Source of the DNA: the human T2T-CHM13v2.0 reference genome, Homo sapiens | DNA: 64,000 nt | Assembly (NCBI RefSeq): GCF_009914755.1 | Contig: NC_060930.1 | Strand: one strand, 5' to 3' | In this document: positions 29,271 through 49,331 of the stretch, piece by piece | Layout: every line of letters starts with the position of its first letter | Position numbering within the stretch: the stretch's first letter is position 1 | Notes under the pieces: model-generated | Seen by the model: only the letters and a program-made list of their open reading frames with translations | What the model was told of the DNA's origin: nothing | Database searches by the model: none | Made by a program: the position numbers and the translations under genes

Positions 29271-30616
29271 AACATGCTCTAAGTCCATAGAGTAAGCACT
29301 CTAGTATGAAAAAAAGTTTCAAGGAACGAGGCCATGAAAATGAGACTATTTGACATCTCAGATCTGTCTGGGATGTTATGGAGGTTTTTAAAAATAAAGT
29401 TGAAAAAAGAAAATGAATCATGTTTATACATAAAAAAATCACATGTAACACATTTCAAGTGTTTGAAAATAAAACCAAAATCTAAACTTTAGTCTTCAAG
29501 CAGACATTCAGTGTTACTTTAGAAAACTCACTGAATTAGGTGGAAATGATGGAATAATACTATTCATGGCCAGCTATTAACACAGAAGAACATGGCAGTG
29601 TGTGTCTGGAACGGCATGCACAATTTGTAAACCTTTTTCAAATATCATTTAATCAACTCAGAATAAAGTGCCCTGTAGCCAACAGTGCCTCTTTACTTGC
29701 TTCTCTGGGAAATACATGGTACTAAATTAGTAGCACAAAGTTTGGGAATATGCAAAATAATGGATAACCATTTTTCAAAATGTACATTCTCTGAAGAGGA
29801 AGCAGCTGGTTGGACAGGATTTCTTGAAGAGCCAGGTGCTAAGGGCATCAGGTCGACATCCATAGTAACCATGTGCCATAACATCTACACATTTCCACTT
29901 GTTTTACAGACAAGGTAACAGGCAGAAGGAAAATCCAGAGTCTTGCAGTAAGCAGATGACAAAACTTCAATATGCTTGGGCACCACTTAGGTGACCCCAG
30001 GGAGATTTAGTGTGGCCTTAGGAAAGCAAAAGAGCACTTTTTATTGGAAATATGAGCTTGTCACTGGGAAAGATTTGTAAAATTGATCAAGAACTTGATT
30101 TATAATTATGCCTCAAAAAAAAAAGTTCTCATTTAGTAGTGGAGCAATCTAGAAAACATACCTTTTTTGTTTGTTTGGAAGATCCTCTTTCCCTGGCTGT
30201 ATTGTAGTGTTTGCTATTTGATGTGGAAATAACTAATAACTTAAGATTTTGGAACAGAACACCCTTTAGATTTCCAAAACACAATTCTTATTTCAGGGAA
30301 GACAGACCAAAAATATCTCCTGAGATCATTGGTTTCTTTATAAATTGTGGTACCACTCCATCATTGAAGAGAAACCACTACCACACCACTAGCACCATAC
30401 AGAACCTTTTCTCTGTATCTTTGTACAATACTACAAAGGGGTACCAGGGAGGAGAGAGTGGCTGACCACTTTAGTGACAAAACAGCACTCCACTGCTGGT
30501 GAATCCCATCTAATTATGGTCCTTCCACCCTTTTCAACCACCAACAACTGTTCGTACTGTTAATTCCTATCCTGAAGGTTTAACCAGTGGTTGTCTAGTA
30601 TCTTCTGTCTTTAGAA

Positions 30617-30800
30617 CAGTGGTTCTCAAACTTTAGTACACATCAGCATCACCTGGAGGGCCTTTTTTTAAAATAAGACACAGATTGCTGGGCTCATGGT
30701 CAGAGTTCCCAGTTAAGTAAATCAGGAAATTTGTATTTCTAACAAGTTTATAGGTGAGGCCAATACTGCTGTTTTGGGAACTATGCTTTGAGAACCACTG
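30617..30800. mobile_element. MER5A (hAT-Charlie) in 3'UTR
   Basis: Perfect 14-bp TIRs CAGTGGTTCTCAAA / TTTGAGAACCACTG. Confidence 0.85.
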
Positions 30801-33077
30801 CCTTGAAAAAATTTCCAACTTCTACCTTTAAGATCAGCCTGACTTATCAAACGCTAGAGAAAAACTGAATCTACCCTTGGGCAGATGACTTGGGATTGGA
30901 TTCTATACAGCAGTCTTGCTCAATCTTCCCAGTTTCCAGTTTTATTATACCAACAATTGGTTTTTACAAGCTAGAAGACAATGAATGTATAAGTTCTATG
31001 GAACAGTGAGATAAATCTAAGCTTCTTGTCTTTGTATTTAGAAACATTGATTCTATGGATGATCATTTGTATCATGTTGACCCTTTGACTTGTACTGAAG
31101 GTGATTTTAAATTTAAGTATGTAGTGTTTGAATTTCTTCCATCCATGTCGTTTTAATGAGATGTTTCCATGTCAGCTCCTTTACAGCCTTGGCTCCTGGC
31201 TTACAGATTTTTGAATAGTTGTTTGCTTGCCAGTTGTTTTACATCTTTCATTGGCCACCAAAATATTAGCCATTTGAGATGAGATGAGACTACTTGTTGT
31301 ACCTTCATCTTTCATTTAATTTTCTGGCGTAAATTAACATTTTAATTTCATATATATCTGTAAAGAGTCTACCCAAAGGCTTCACGGAAATTTGCAAAAT
31401 GAACTAATTCCCTTTTAAGCAGCAGGTGTGCCTGTTTTTGACTTTTCAGTAAATATGTTGTTTGTGCACATATCTACATGGTGGAGACCATATTCATTAT
31501 TTCATCTTCCAAATAATGGGAAAAATATAAAAGTGAATCAGTGTGCTTTGGGAATTCAGTGAAATCATGTTAACTCATATAGAGGGGGCCTTAGTTTATC
31601 TCTTCTTTACTGAATTAATTAGTTTTGGAAATTCTTTTACCATTAAAAAAAATTAAGGACCATACAGAGAATGATTTAAGAAAAAACAAGTCACTTAAAA
31701 ATCATCACCTATTTATAAACTGTATTAATTACACATAATGCTTATTGATTCAATGAGGTTTCTCTAAAGACTTCTGCTTAATAAATATGCTGACTTCATT
31801 TAAATTAGTTTAGACTATTGTAGGAATGGAAGGAAATGATTATATTTACTAGAATTAGTGAGATCAGAAAGCATATCAGAATGTTGATGATATCAAGGAG
31901 ACAATCTACAGAGTTTTTGCCTCTGTGGATGGAAATAAGGGTGTTTTTTTTTGGTTTTTTTTTTACTTTAGTTTCCCATAATTTTTGGAAATTATGTGTG
32001 CATTTAGTTCTTTTAGTAACACTGATTTTAAAATTAAATTTCAAAAGTCAATCTCTAAGAGTAATTTATTTTTGTTTTACCAACCAGTGCCAAAAAGGAG
32101 AGGAGGGAATCCAAAAGCCAATCTTTTGAACCAATGTGTAAAAGATTATGTTTTTTCTTAAAGTTAGGGAGGCTCGGGCCCTGACACTGCCAGCCCCAGT
32201 GAGCATCCCTGGCTACCTCGGGATTATGTGCAAGCTGCTTTGTCCTACATTTCTTTCATCTGGTTCTTATTGGGAGTGCTTCTCTCTAATAAAAATTGAT
32301 TTCCCACAAAATAGGCAAAGCTGAACAAAGATGAATGCTTTTGATAAGTTGGGTTTCACTTCAGTTGAAACAATGTGATAGAATATCCAGGTGTGGCATG
32401 ATGGGGCAGGAGGAGGTGCCTAGAGGGAAAAGTTATTTTTGTTTCTTAGTGTTGTGTTGTGGGGATGGGACAGATAAGAATAAGATGTTTATTGCCCTAA
32501 TCATGCTAAGAGACTATTATTCAATATGCTTTTCCCGCTTTTCTAAGAGGAATAAACTTAGACAAATTACATTATAAACAGTTCCCCTACTACTATCTCC
32601 CACTCTAGATAAAGCCAGTGGGTGGTATGGGTCCTTTTATTCCTTATAGTATTATGCCAAAGAATCAACTTATTTTCATTGAAGATTATAAATAAATGAA
32701 GCTTGTTATAGCCATAATGATTTGAGTCAGTATACCATTTTACCTATAAAATGCAAAATTCATCCTTGCAACCCCATTCACCAGGAGCCTTGAAGCATTT
32801 TGTTTACTCCAAAGGCCTTGTCAAGGAAGCATAATTTTTTGTTTTGCCTTCTTATTTAGTCAGTTTGGTCATATTTACTTAAAAAAACAAACTGAAAATC
32901 ACACTCCTTTATATGTTGATATAACTGATTTTATAGAATCTGTCTGTTCTTTGTTTAACAGGTCTCTGTAAGCAAGCTTGCAAGTGTATTTTGTGTACAT
33001 TTTATCTGAGGTGGAAATGAAAATTCTAAAGAGAAAATATTTTAAAAGATATTGTATTTATGTTGCTTGTGTTGTAG

Positions 33078-33137
33078 AATAAAGATTCAAATGCATTAAA
33101 AATCTGGTACATGAAACAATTGTGTTTACTGAATAAA
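33078..33137 (+). terminator. Distal polyadenylation signal cluster
   Basis: AATAAA 33078-33083, ATTAAA 33095-33100 and AATAAA 33132-33137. Several upstream TGTA motifs and GT-rich sequence downstream. Confidence 0.75.
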
Positions 33138-33632
33138 TATATATAAATATCCTGTGTTTACAGAATTCTGTCAAAAGAATTAGGCCCCTTTTCATGGCAT
33201 TTCATAAGTCTAAATGTAAAGGCCCATTTTAAATCCTGTAACATGGAGATAGTCATTATTGACAATTTGGTATATGCCTAAAAAACAAATTTGTAGAAAT
33301 AATATATCATTTCCTTGTTTAAAAAAAGGGCTTATTCTATGATATTATCTTTTACTCATAAGAACTTATATCAAATTCCTACTGTCAGTAGATATTGATG
33401 TAGATCATTCATTTAAAAAATTAAAGTATTACCTTTTGTTCATAAACAACCAAAAATCCAATTAATAAGAATATTAGTATTTAAAAGTAATATTAAAAAA
33501 TACAGCCACTTTTAACTTCCTGATCTTACTAGATTATTGTTTTAAATACACATATATCAAAATATCACACTATACCCCATAAATATGTACAATTAATGTA
33601 ATTAGTGATGTCAATTAAAAACAAAATTTTTT

Positions 33633-33938
<306 letters not shown>

Positions 33939-33980
<42 letters not shown>
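33939..33980. repeat. (TA)21 microsatellite
   Basis: Directly visible after the Alu A tail. Confidence 0.95.
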
Positions 33981-33984
<4 letters not shown>

Positions 33985-35436
33985 AAAAGAAAACGTTTTA
34001 AAAAAAAGATTGTAAGTCTATAATATATCAGCCTAGGTATCACCCTGCCCAAATCATAGAAAACTGCCGTTTAGCCAAGCTTGGGGTAAAAGACATTCAA
34101 AATGCTATGGAAATTGAATTTTTGCTTATAAGCTTAAGTCATGATTCTATCATGCATACACACTAGTAGTCTCAGTTACACCACCAAGACTCAATCACTT
34201 CCATCATAAGGATGAAATAAAACTAAGATAGGCATCAACATACTTTGCATAAGAACATCACAAATACAGGGGCCAACCATGTTTATGGATGGAGACAGCT
34301 GAGAGTGAAGCCTCAGCTAAAAAAGCAGAGTTCACATCCCATGCTTTGTCCCTTCCTGGGAGTGGGAAACCTGGACAACACTTGACTACTTAGAGCTCAA
34401 GTGTCCTGCTCTGAAAAATGAAAATACACTCTTACCTCAAAGGGCTGTCTTAAGGTAATATGAAAGCTCAATCTTGCAGTGTTTTGCAAACATTAGTGCC
34501 TAATCGACAGTAAGTACTATGTGTAGGAGAATAACTATTTATAAATACCATGCTGTTTTGCAAGTTAATTTACATTTGAGGATATGTACATATCCTTGAT
34601 ATTCATATTCATGAATGTTCTCCAACACAGAAAGCTTAACACTTTATACCAATCCAGTATGAAGTTAGCAGCTCAGAAGCAGAGCTCTTTAATCAAACAT
34701 TTTGGAAATGAATTCTAGGTCAATGGCCAATTCTTTAGTTACTAATATCTAACAATGAATATACTATGTGCACAAATCTATATGTATTTCCTTAAAACAG
34801 AGAGAGGATACACTTCAACTATTTGGCTTATGATCAAAACGTGTATTATAATGTAGCTTTGATGTATATTTCATATCACTCATTAGAAAAAATTCACCTT
34901 CCCATACAGCTTAAAGCTAGATTCAATATACAAGTGAAAATGAAATCAAAGCATAATGCAAAATTGTGGTTTTCACATATTGACCAGCATTCCTCTTATC
35001 TCAAGCCTTTGAAAGAGCATGGTAAGCATCTCTTTGGTCTTCTCCTTGTTTGTTTTTATTTATAGATTCCTAGTTACAACATGAAGCCATTAGTGCCCTG
35101 AGTCTCCCTTGCTAACTTAATCTGCTTGTACAAAATGTTGTGTTGTCAGAGAAACAAACTATCCAGTTTAATCTCATTCAAACTCAAAGATTATAAAGGC
35201 ATAGTTAAATCCCACAGACATTTATAAGCAGATTGTAAATGATTTTTTTTTTTTTAAAAAAAGCTAGGTTATTTCTATTTGAACATGAAGAGATGAAATG
35301 CACAACAGTTTAGAGCTGAGAACTCAAATATTGAACTTGTATTCTCTTTGATATTGTTACCTAGTCTTCTTATATCCGCATATAAGGAAACTACATTGAG
35401 CTATTGTTCTAACCAGTACAAATGATGTAAGGAAGT

Positions 35437-35515
35437 AAAACAACATTCTCTAGCACTGTCTCTAGTAGAGAAAGAATTCAAAACAACATTCTCTAGTGGT
35501 GTCTCTAGCCAAGAA
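35437..35515. repeat. Degenerate 43-bp tandem duplication
   Basis: AAAACAACATTCTCTAG..TGTCTCTAG at 35437 and 35480. Confidence 0.8.
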
Positions 35516-35975
35516 TGATTTGCCTTCAAGAAAATGAATCAGATGTTAAATGTTGTGAAGTAGAAGGCTCCATTTATAGCAACTTGAAAAATTGAGTATT
35601 GAAGCTAATTTACCCATTATAAAGGAAAAATATGCTGCCTGTATTACAGATAAAAGTTTGCTATTCCAAGGTTCATTTTAATCTGCTCCAATAATGGCCG
35701 TGGACTGTAAATATTTGACAGCTCTTTTAAAATATAACAATGTGTTACAAAAATAATATTCTTCTAAAGTCTAGAATAGATTTCTTTTTCAAGCAGAAGC
35801 AGAATATATTATAATAGACCTCTCAGGTCAAAACCATTTATAAATGGACATTTTGGAAAATTAACTGAGCATAGTTGATGTTTTATTCTAAGGACAACAA
35901 ACTAAAGACACAGGCAGTTACACATTAGTATACATTTAGACAGTTAAATTTTAGATTATTAAATTGGCAAATTTA

Positions 35976-36369
<394 letters not shown>

Positions 36370-38158
36370 TAGCTTTTATTGCTATGGAAACAAACAACCA
36401 ACCCTGTAAGCCTTTGGTGATTTTGGGGGGGATTAGAGCATGGCCTGGCATGGAATAGAAACAACTCCTCCTCTCCGGGTCTCTCTCTCAGCCCTCTGCT
36501 CTGCCTGGCCAGGAGCAGTAGCCTCCCTATCCCTGAACACTCAGCTGAGCACACCATACATTGTCTGCGACCTGCCCATGCTGCTCCTAGGCATCAACCA
36601 GAAACAGATTGACATAACAGAGTTGTTTCAAAGGCTGCTCTTGAAAGGATGCACAGGATTCAGCAATTATCAGAACCTGGGTGTGTCTTTCATAAAATTG
36701 TAAACTAGCCAAAATTCAAAAATGGGCACAGATATGGATTTAAAGGACCAGATCCCTGATCCAAAAATTGTAGCTGAATGCTACCAGACCACCTTTCTTC
36801 AATACAAGTTTTTCCTCAAAAGCATTAAGTATGCTTGGCTGAAAAGTATTCTTGAGATATTAATCTATTTTTTGTCTCTCAATATTTTTCCCCATTTCTT
36901 TCTTGCTAGTCAAGTAAATAGTTGGCTTAGGAGTTCATTATTTCAGGGGAGGGACATGATGTGACTGAATGCCAAAAATTGCTTGTGAGTCTCCAGCTCT
37001 AGTATTCTAAAAGCCTAAGCCCTTTACAAATATGTTAAGTTTGTGCTATCCTGGCAGAACAGAGGTACAGAACACTTTTTAGTTGAGTTAGAGAAAAATA
37101 AAGAAAATGAAAACTTAATATGTAAAGTTGTGGACTAAGATTTATACCTGCTTTTGTAGTGAATAATCTAAAAATCACTGTAAAACCTTATGTCTGGTTT
37201 TCTAAGGCAATTAGGATGGCAAACAAACAAACCCATCCAGCTTTCATTACAAATGCAAAGTTATTCCCTAAGGAAGTACCAACAGAGTTGGCAATCAACA
37301 AGACCTCCTAAGTTCAAAGCCAGTGGCTCTGGGACTCAGAAATCTAGCTGTCTGCTCTCTTTGGGAACAAGGGGCTGCCTTGTCCAGTCATCTTCTACTG
37401 AGGTCCCAAACTCTCTCCTCTTGAATATGTGAGCCATTTTAACAGAATAGAATTTGATTCCATCCACTGGGCAGGGACCCATTTGGGGCGGATAAACCAA
37501 ATGTGTTCCCCCACCCAATTTTGTAGCCTTCATTCTGCTTACTTCCAGGTAAAGTAGACACCCCATGTCTACTGGGGCTACAATAGCCCAATTTCATGGT
37601 TAGGTAATCAGCAAAAGAAACTTTCCACCCCTTGCGAATTACAGCCAAATTCGGCCTTAGAAATTCAAATAATTTCTCTATATAATCTTAAGGAAAATGG
37701 CAGGACAATGTAACCAGTTTACTGAGTGACTCAACCCCTATCAAAACTATCCTTCCCCTCCACTGACAACAGCCTCCTCCCCCCCAGCTCACTTAGGTAC
37801 CTGAACTAGCTCAGCCACCTTAGACAATCTCAAATTCTAATGTCCCTAAGAATTAAAAATTGTTGAATGTTGAACTTGCCGGTGTCCGGGCCTTGGATAC
37901 CTGCAAGTGTTCTTGCAGAACTTCTGATCCATTGAGATAGTGAGAATGTGGACTTGGGGGCTTGTTTTGATTCCTTATACTCTGATGCTCCATTCAGAGA
38001 GGAAATCAGTTAGTATGGTGCAGGGCTCAGGAATCTGCATGATGGCAAGGTTTCAAAATGCAGAAATAGGTGGAAATTGTTCAAGCACTCTATTCCCCAG
38101 GTAGTTTCACTTTAGAACGAAGTTTGTAACTTGGGGTAGGCAAAGAATTAAGGGATCT

Positions 38159-38435
38159 CTGTAATCCCAGCACTTTGGGAGGCCAAGGCAGGTGGATCAC
38201 CGGAGATCAGGTGTTCAAGACCAGCCTGACCAATATAGTGAAACCCCGTCTCTACTAAAAATAAAAACATTGGCCAGCATGGTGGCACATGCCTGTAATC
38301 CCAGCTACTCGGGAGGCTGAGGCAGGAGGATTGATTGAACCCAGGAGGCGGAGGTTGCAGTGAGCCGAAATCGTGCCACTCCAGCCTGGGTGACAGAACG
38401 AGATGCTGTCTCAAAAAAAAAAAAAAAAAAAAAAA
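38159..38435 (+). mobile_element. Alu (S-type), 5' truncated
   Basis: TSD AA(G/T)AATTAAGGGATC. Confidence 0.9.
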
Positions 38436-39232
38436 GAGAAAGAATAATTAAGGGATCCACAAACAAGAAAGGGAAAAATTATAGCTCTATTTTCACTGAC
38501 TCGTAACTGAAATTTAACATGCCCTTTAATTTGGAATGCATACAACTAACCACAGCGATGTTGGCAAGACCTGCAGCTTGTTACCCAGAAAAGTCCCTTC
38601 CTATTGCAGATCTCTAAAAATTCCCAGACTTGGAACACATGGTGGTTGTTACTAGAAACCACTACTGGATCTTGTTATTTAATGTATTCATGGGAAAGAA
38701 TATATATTATTCTACCACAAGTTGAGGATTTTGATAAGTACATTGGCTTCCTTTATAACAAATTGTATTTTATCTTAAGCATTTAGAAACATTATTTAGA
38801 AAAGAAATTCCATAGACCTCCCCAGACTGCAAAGAAGTCCACTTTTCAGTTAAAGAAACTGAATTGTCAGTTAAAGGAACTCTGTCCTAGAGTTATCATA
38901 AGGAAGGGGATGGCTGTCAATCTGGGACAAACTCATCAAATTATATTTGGAACAAGTACATTTTTCTCTCATGTTACCTTACGGTCTGTTAGGATCACTT
39001 GGGAATTAGGAGCCGTAACTCCCTGTCCTAGATTAACACAGTGTGTTTGTGAGCAAATTACTTCTCAAGTCTCATTCCCTTATCTGCCATGTGACAGGGC
39101 TGGTGAAGTGATTGCCAAGATCCCTTAAAACTTACCGTTTCCCTTTCCCTGACCAGTATTCTGATGGCAAAGCGGCTCCACTAAGCTCTCACGAAGGCAC
39201 CTGCTTTAGAGGCATTCAAAAGAGGGGCAATA

Positions 39233-39401
39233 CACAGATTTTCTCCTACTCAAAAGAAATGTCTCCTGGCTGTAGAGTAAAGTTACTATGCACAGATTTT
39301 CTCCCACTCAGAAGAAATGTCTCCCGGCTGTAAAGCTTACCATGCACAGATTTTCTCCTACTCAGAAGAAATGTCTCCCGGCTGTAAAGTAAAGCTTACT
39401 A
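39233..39401. repeat. Minisatellite, ~3 copies of a 54-58 bp unit
   Basis: CACAGATTTTCTCC.ACTCA.AAGAAATGTCTCC.GGCTGTA at 39233, 39291 and 39345. Confidence 0.9.
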
Positions 39402-40093
39402 AAAAGGCAGTTCTGTACGTATTCATGCAATTCACTCACTTAAAATTCCAGTTTGGTTGGGTTTTTAAAGCATTGTCAAAAAAAAAAAAATAGAATGGCC
39501 TAAAATTTCCCCTCACCTCCATTTTTTAAAAATGAAAAAAAAAATCAGTGTGTTAATGTCAGGATTGATCTCTTAAAATTTGTTTAAAAAATGATTTGTT
39601 TCATGTAAATTTTAAAAATTGATTCAAATTAGGAATATCTCAAAAATAAAAATACACCTAATAATATTTAAAGATGAGATGGATAAATTATAAGTCAAAT
39701 ACATTAAGTTTCTACCCAGATTTAGGCCCCTGTTAATGAATATACCAACCCTTTAGATGTCTGGAACCAGTCTGACTGCTAATTACTAAGCTAATGTTTA
39801 TTCTAAATTATTCAGTAACTAATATTGGCAATGATTTTACCAAATAACTCTAATATGCAAATGGCCAAACTCATTTATCATCATGATCTTATATTATTAG
39901 CCATCAGATTATGAAATAAATCTAGAAAAATTTTACATATAACACCAACAGGTAAACTGATATTAACTAATAATTATTTCTTCATTCATTATCTTCATTT
40001 TAACAATAAATTTTTTAACCACTGAAGCAATCATTTTCTTAAGAAAAGTGAGACTGAGAGGACCACTTTCAAAAGGAATAGGGGTCTCTGCTA

Positions 40094-40531
<438 letters not shown>

Positions 40532-42626
40532 TTAAATATGTCCTTTTATTCTCACCAACAGTCTGCAAGGTAAGTTTTCCAGACCACATTTTACAGATAG
40601 AGAGAGTAATGGCTCGGAGAAGTGAACAGAAATAACTTACTGATGGTCACATGGCTGGAAATTGGCAGAGCCAGAATTCAAACCCAGTTCAGCTTGACTG
40701 CAAAGCCATACCTTAAGCACTAGGACATGATAGCTTGAGGTAACGATGTAAGTGAAATTAACAGCCAGGCTGGAGTCTTTCCCAGTGCACCATCTCTAAC
40801 CTTAATCGATCGAACATCACCCACAAACTTGAATTCAAACCTTTTTTTCTTAATCAGTCCTCACAAAATAATTGTGTTATACTAGTCCTCACAGCGAGAA
40901 ACTGAGTCTGGTCTCATAACCATAGGTTACACAAAATAAATTCATATTCTATAGGAATAAGCAACACACAAGACAACTGATGATCATATTCAACCTGACA
41001 ATTTAGCATTTGCCATATGATAACTTGAGAGCATTAATATTCGAGGCAAACTTAAAGGTCATTTTGAGTAGTCACAATTTTTAGAATTTCTCATTTTATT
41101 CCTGCATTACGCTATGCTGTTGAGAAGCAATGGTTTCAGGCCAAATTATCTCAGCTTCCTTTAGAAATGCCTGTGCTAAATTAAAATTTAATGTTATGTC
41201 TCAGCTTTCAAAAAGGGTCAATATAAAAAATCACTGAATTTGTCTTCCATAAATCTATATTAGTAGTAGATACCCATTACATCACTTGATTTCTTATATA
41301 AGGAAACATGAGACCATTTTTCAAGAATTCAAAGCCAAGGGCTTTGATAACAACTATTTGATCTTGTAAATAGATACTAACTTTAAAAGGGAGAGAGGGG
41401 GAAGTAACCTGTTGCCTTTGTATTTGTATTTTGCCTTCGCTGCCAGTAAACTCAGAGCCAAATTTAGTTTCAAGTAAAGCAGAGTGTTTAGGAACAAGGG
41501 AAAAATAAAACACATGCCCCTTGCAACTTACTGCACCTCACCATATTCCTCTTCCTAAGAATTAGACAAGGTGGTTTCAAGTCATTTTCTCTCATGACAA
41601 GGAAACATCCTGAGATAGCTCCCAAGGCTGCCCAGCTAGGAAACGGTCTGAACTCAAGCCCAGGTCTGAACCAAAATTCAACTTTTCCAAACATGTTGAA
41701 AAAATTATTTCATCCTAACTCCCTAGTAGCACCCATTTGGTTATTAGATTTGTAGTGTTTTTATTTATAAATGACCTTAAAGCCTTTTTGTAAGTAACAT
41801 ATAAATCACGTGTAATTAAAATAGTCCCTCGAGAGAAATGTGGTTCAGCAAACTCCAAAATGTAAGTAGTATACGTTGCCCACAAATACTCTTCACAATA
41901 CAAGCGCCGCACCAGATACCCCAGGGTTTCAGGTCCATTCTACCCAAACGGTTCAGAGGCAAAAATTGGTGGCATGACCCAGAGCGTATGAAGCAGGTGT
42001 CCCTCAATCCCATATGAGTCCCTCAGCACCCATGGGAAGAGGAAAGGATATGGGGTGGCCAGTCTCTCTTTAGAATACATCCTTATCTAAAGAGTTGAGA
42101 TCAAGAAGAGGCTTGTGACTCAAGAGTTCCCAGAGTTAATTTCCGTTAAGTGTACCAATTCTCCTTTAATAACAATAGCATTTCCTACCATCACACTAGT
42201 TAATAGTTAACATCAAGCACTTTGTAAGTATAAAACATTTTACAAGAATTATTTCATATAACCCTCAGAACACTTTTGAACTAGGCATTATCCCTATTTT
42301 ACAGAGGGAGAACCTCAGGTTGAAAGAAATCACCTAATTTACCCCAAATCATTCATGTTTAGATGGCAGAAGTAGAATCCAAACCAAACCAAACCATCTG
42401 GCTCTAGAGCCTGTACCTTTGTCTAATAGCCTATAGGTCTGTCTATGAACCCATCAGGACAAAATCACCTTAAAAACTATAAAGCTTGTTAAACAACTGC
42501 ACCCAAGTAGCTTCTATGTTTATTTTTTTAATTTATATTAATCAGGAATAGGTAAAATTCAGTAGAACATACTAATCAAAAATTTAATTCTCATAATGGC
42601 ACTAGACGGTCTAAATATTTATCAGA

Positions 42627-42938
<312 letters not shown>

Positions 42939-43560
42939 TTATCAGAATAGCAGCAAATTTGAGTTTTCTATTAAACAGTCTATTTTATGCATAGATTCAA
43001 AACCTAATAAACGGGACTTGAGTTATCCTCTAAAGTGGTGATCTATAAGTGTTCTATTATCCATAAATTCCTGATTCCGGCAATTTTTTTCTAGATAACT
43101 CCTTCCACTCCCTCAGCTTGAAAACCAGTTTTTCCTTGATGATGCCACCTTCCTTAAAATTTTCTGGGAGTCAGGTCAGAAGAAATACAGAAAGTCTCCA
43201 GGCTCCCACCGTGTTCCCAGACCATTGCTCTGACTCTTTTACATGATCAATCCTCTCCTTAGAAACTTGTCCCACTTTGATCTCCAGGTTGAGGTCATCT
43301 TTCTCTTCCCTCATTTAATGTTTATCCCACTTTCTGCCCCAAGTAAGCAGCAATTAGGTTGTGTTCTAATCCTCAGGGTTCAGTCCAAGACAGTTAGAAG
43401 AATCCAGAAAACATCTTCCAAGATTGTGGTTCAGTACAAGTCACACTGACTGATAGACAACACAGCTGGGCAACCTTTCCACCTGAATGCAATCCATGGA
43501 CAAATGCCCAAGCCTATGCCCAAATATGGCCCCCAAGCTGTGTTAGGCATAACGAGCTTA

Positions 43561-43850
<290 letters not shown>

Positions 43851-44100
43851 ATTTTTTTTTAATTGCATGTAAAAAATATCTTAAAGTCTAAAGGGGAAAA
43901 TTACATTACCACCAATTATCAAATTTTTACTAAACAGAACACATATCTCAGTCTGAAATCTCCATACTTGGGTTCATTCCTGCACTTCAGGATTTTCACC
44001 AGAATTAAGGATATCTTCTAAAACAAAGGGAGGTGCTATCCTAAAAAGCAGAAACGACTTACCACCCCTAAAACTGCAGCTTTCCAACTTCTAAACTTTT

Positions 44101-46493
<2,393 letters not shown>

Positions 46494-46519
46494 TAAAATC
46501 CATATTCATATCCAAATTC

Positions 46520-47880
<1,361 letters not shown>

Positions 47881-48854
47881 AATTAACTGGGCAAAGACAG
47901 AAGGCTGGGGAGGAGTTGCTCTCAGAGGAGACTGAGAAAGAGCTACCAATTAGACTGCAGGAGAATAGAATCAGGGTGTTACCAAAGTCAAGTGAGTACT
48001 TCTAGAAGAGAACATTCAGCAGGGACCAATGATACAGGAACATCAAGTAAGATGAACACTGGAACTAGTCCATAGTCCATGTGAAGGTCGTGATGACTTT
48101 CATCAGACCAATTTCAGGGCAAGGGTGAGGGCCGAAGTCAAACCATGGAGAGAAGAGCAATTGGGAGAAGGGAAGGCAGGAATAATGACAATTTTTAAAT
48201 TGTGGGGGTATAGGTGGCAAGAAAGTAACACACAGAAGGAATGAGGGCCAAGGAAAAGGGTCAAAATTCCTGCTTTGTTTATTTCAAGATGGGAGATAAT
48301 CTCTAAAGTTTATGGGCTGAGGGGAAAATATTGGAAAAAGAGTGTTGCTATCCCCTAGGGCAGGAGAGTAGGAGATAGATGTGGCATCCTGTGGTGTTTG
48401 AGAAGGGGACAGGATGGGGATCTTGGGGTGGGAGTATTGGAGGTGTGTGTACGCACACACATGCATGATGGGGAAAGGGAACAGGATCCCAGGAGGGAGG
48501 GGACTAGGTTGGGTCATAGGTTGGGGGGACCTGGATGAGCAGAATTTGCGTTGGACAAAAAGGACAGCTCTTCCTCAGCACAACTCCCACAATGATGGAT
48601 GAGAAAAGATGAGGAAAGTTGACAAAAGTGAGCAGAGAACACAGCTCTTAATAGCTGTTTCATAGGGAAAAATTAATTCTAAGAGAAAAGAGAGATTGGG
48701 AGGGGATTTAAAGAGAGTGGTGAATGTTTGAAAGGAGAACTGATTATACAGTCCTTCCAAAAGACCATTCCTCACAGCCCTATTTGATTCAGATGCCCTG
48801 TCTAAGGTTCCAGGGGCTCTTTGAGCATACAACTGCCCAAACACTCATGTTGAC

Positions 48855-49331
48855 TTTTTTTTTTTTCTAACTTTTATTTTAGGTTCATGGGTACATGAGC
48901 TGGTTTGTTACACAGGTAAATTACATGTCACTGGGGTTTGGTGTACAGATTGTTTCACCACTCAGGTAATAAACATGGGAACCAATAGGTAGATTTTTCA
49001 ATCCTCACTCTCCCCCTACCCTCCACCCTCAAGTAGGCCCAAGTGTCTGTTGTTCCCTTCTTTGTGTCCATATGTACTCAGTGTTTAGCTACCACTTATA
49101 AGTGAGAACATGCAGTGTTTGGTTTTCTCTTCCTTTGTTAATTCTAATTTCTAATCCTTCTTAGGATCATGGCCTCCAGCTCCCTCTATGCTGCTGCAAA
49201 GGACATGACCTCATTCTTTTTTATGACTGCATAGTATTCCGTGGTGCATATATACCACATATATCTTTATCCAGCCCATCATTGATGAGCACTTATGTTG
49301 ATTCCCTGGTCTTTGCTATTGTGAATGGGAT
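48855..49331 (-). mobile_element. 5'-truncated L1 (older L1PA/PB) 3' end
   Basis: 3'UTR motifs. TSD TCATGTTGAC at 48845-48854 and 49332-49341. Confidence 0.88.

Noticed and set aside
39233-39401. CRISPR-like array
   Set aside because: Contiguous tandem units without unique spacers, in eukaryotic DNA, with no cas genes.
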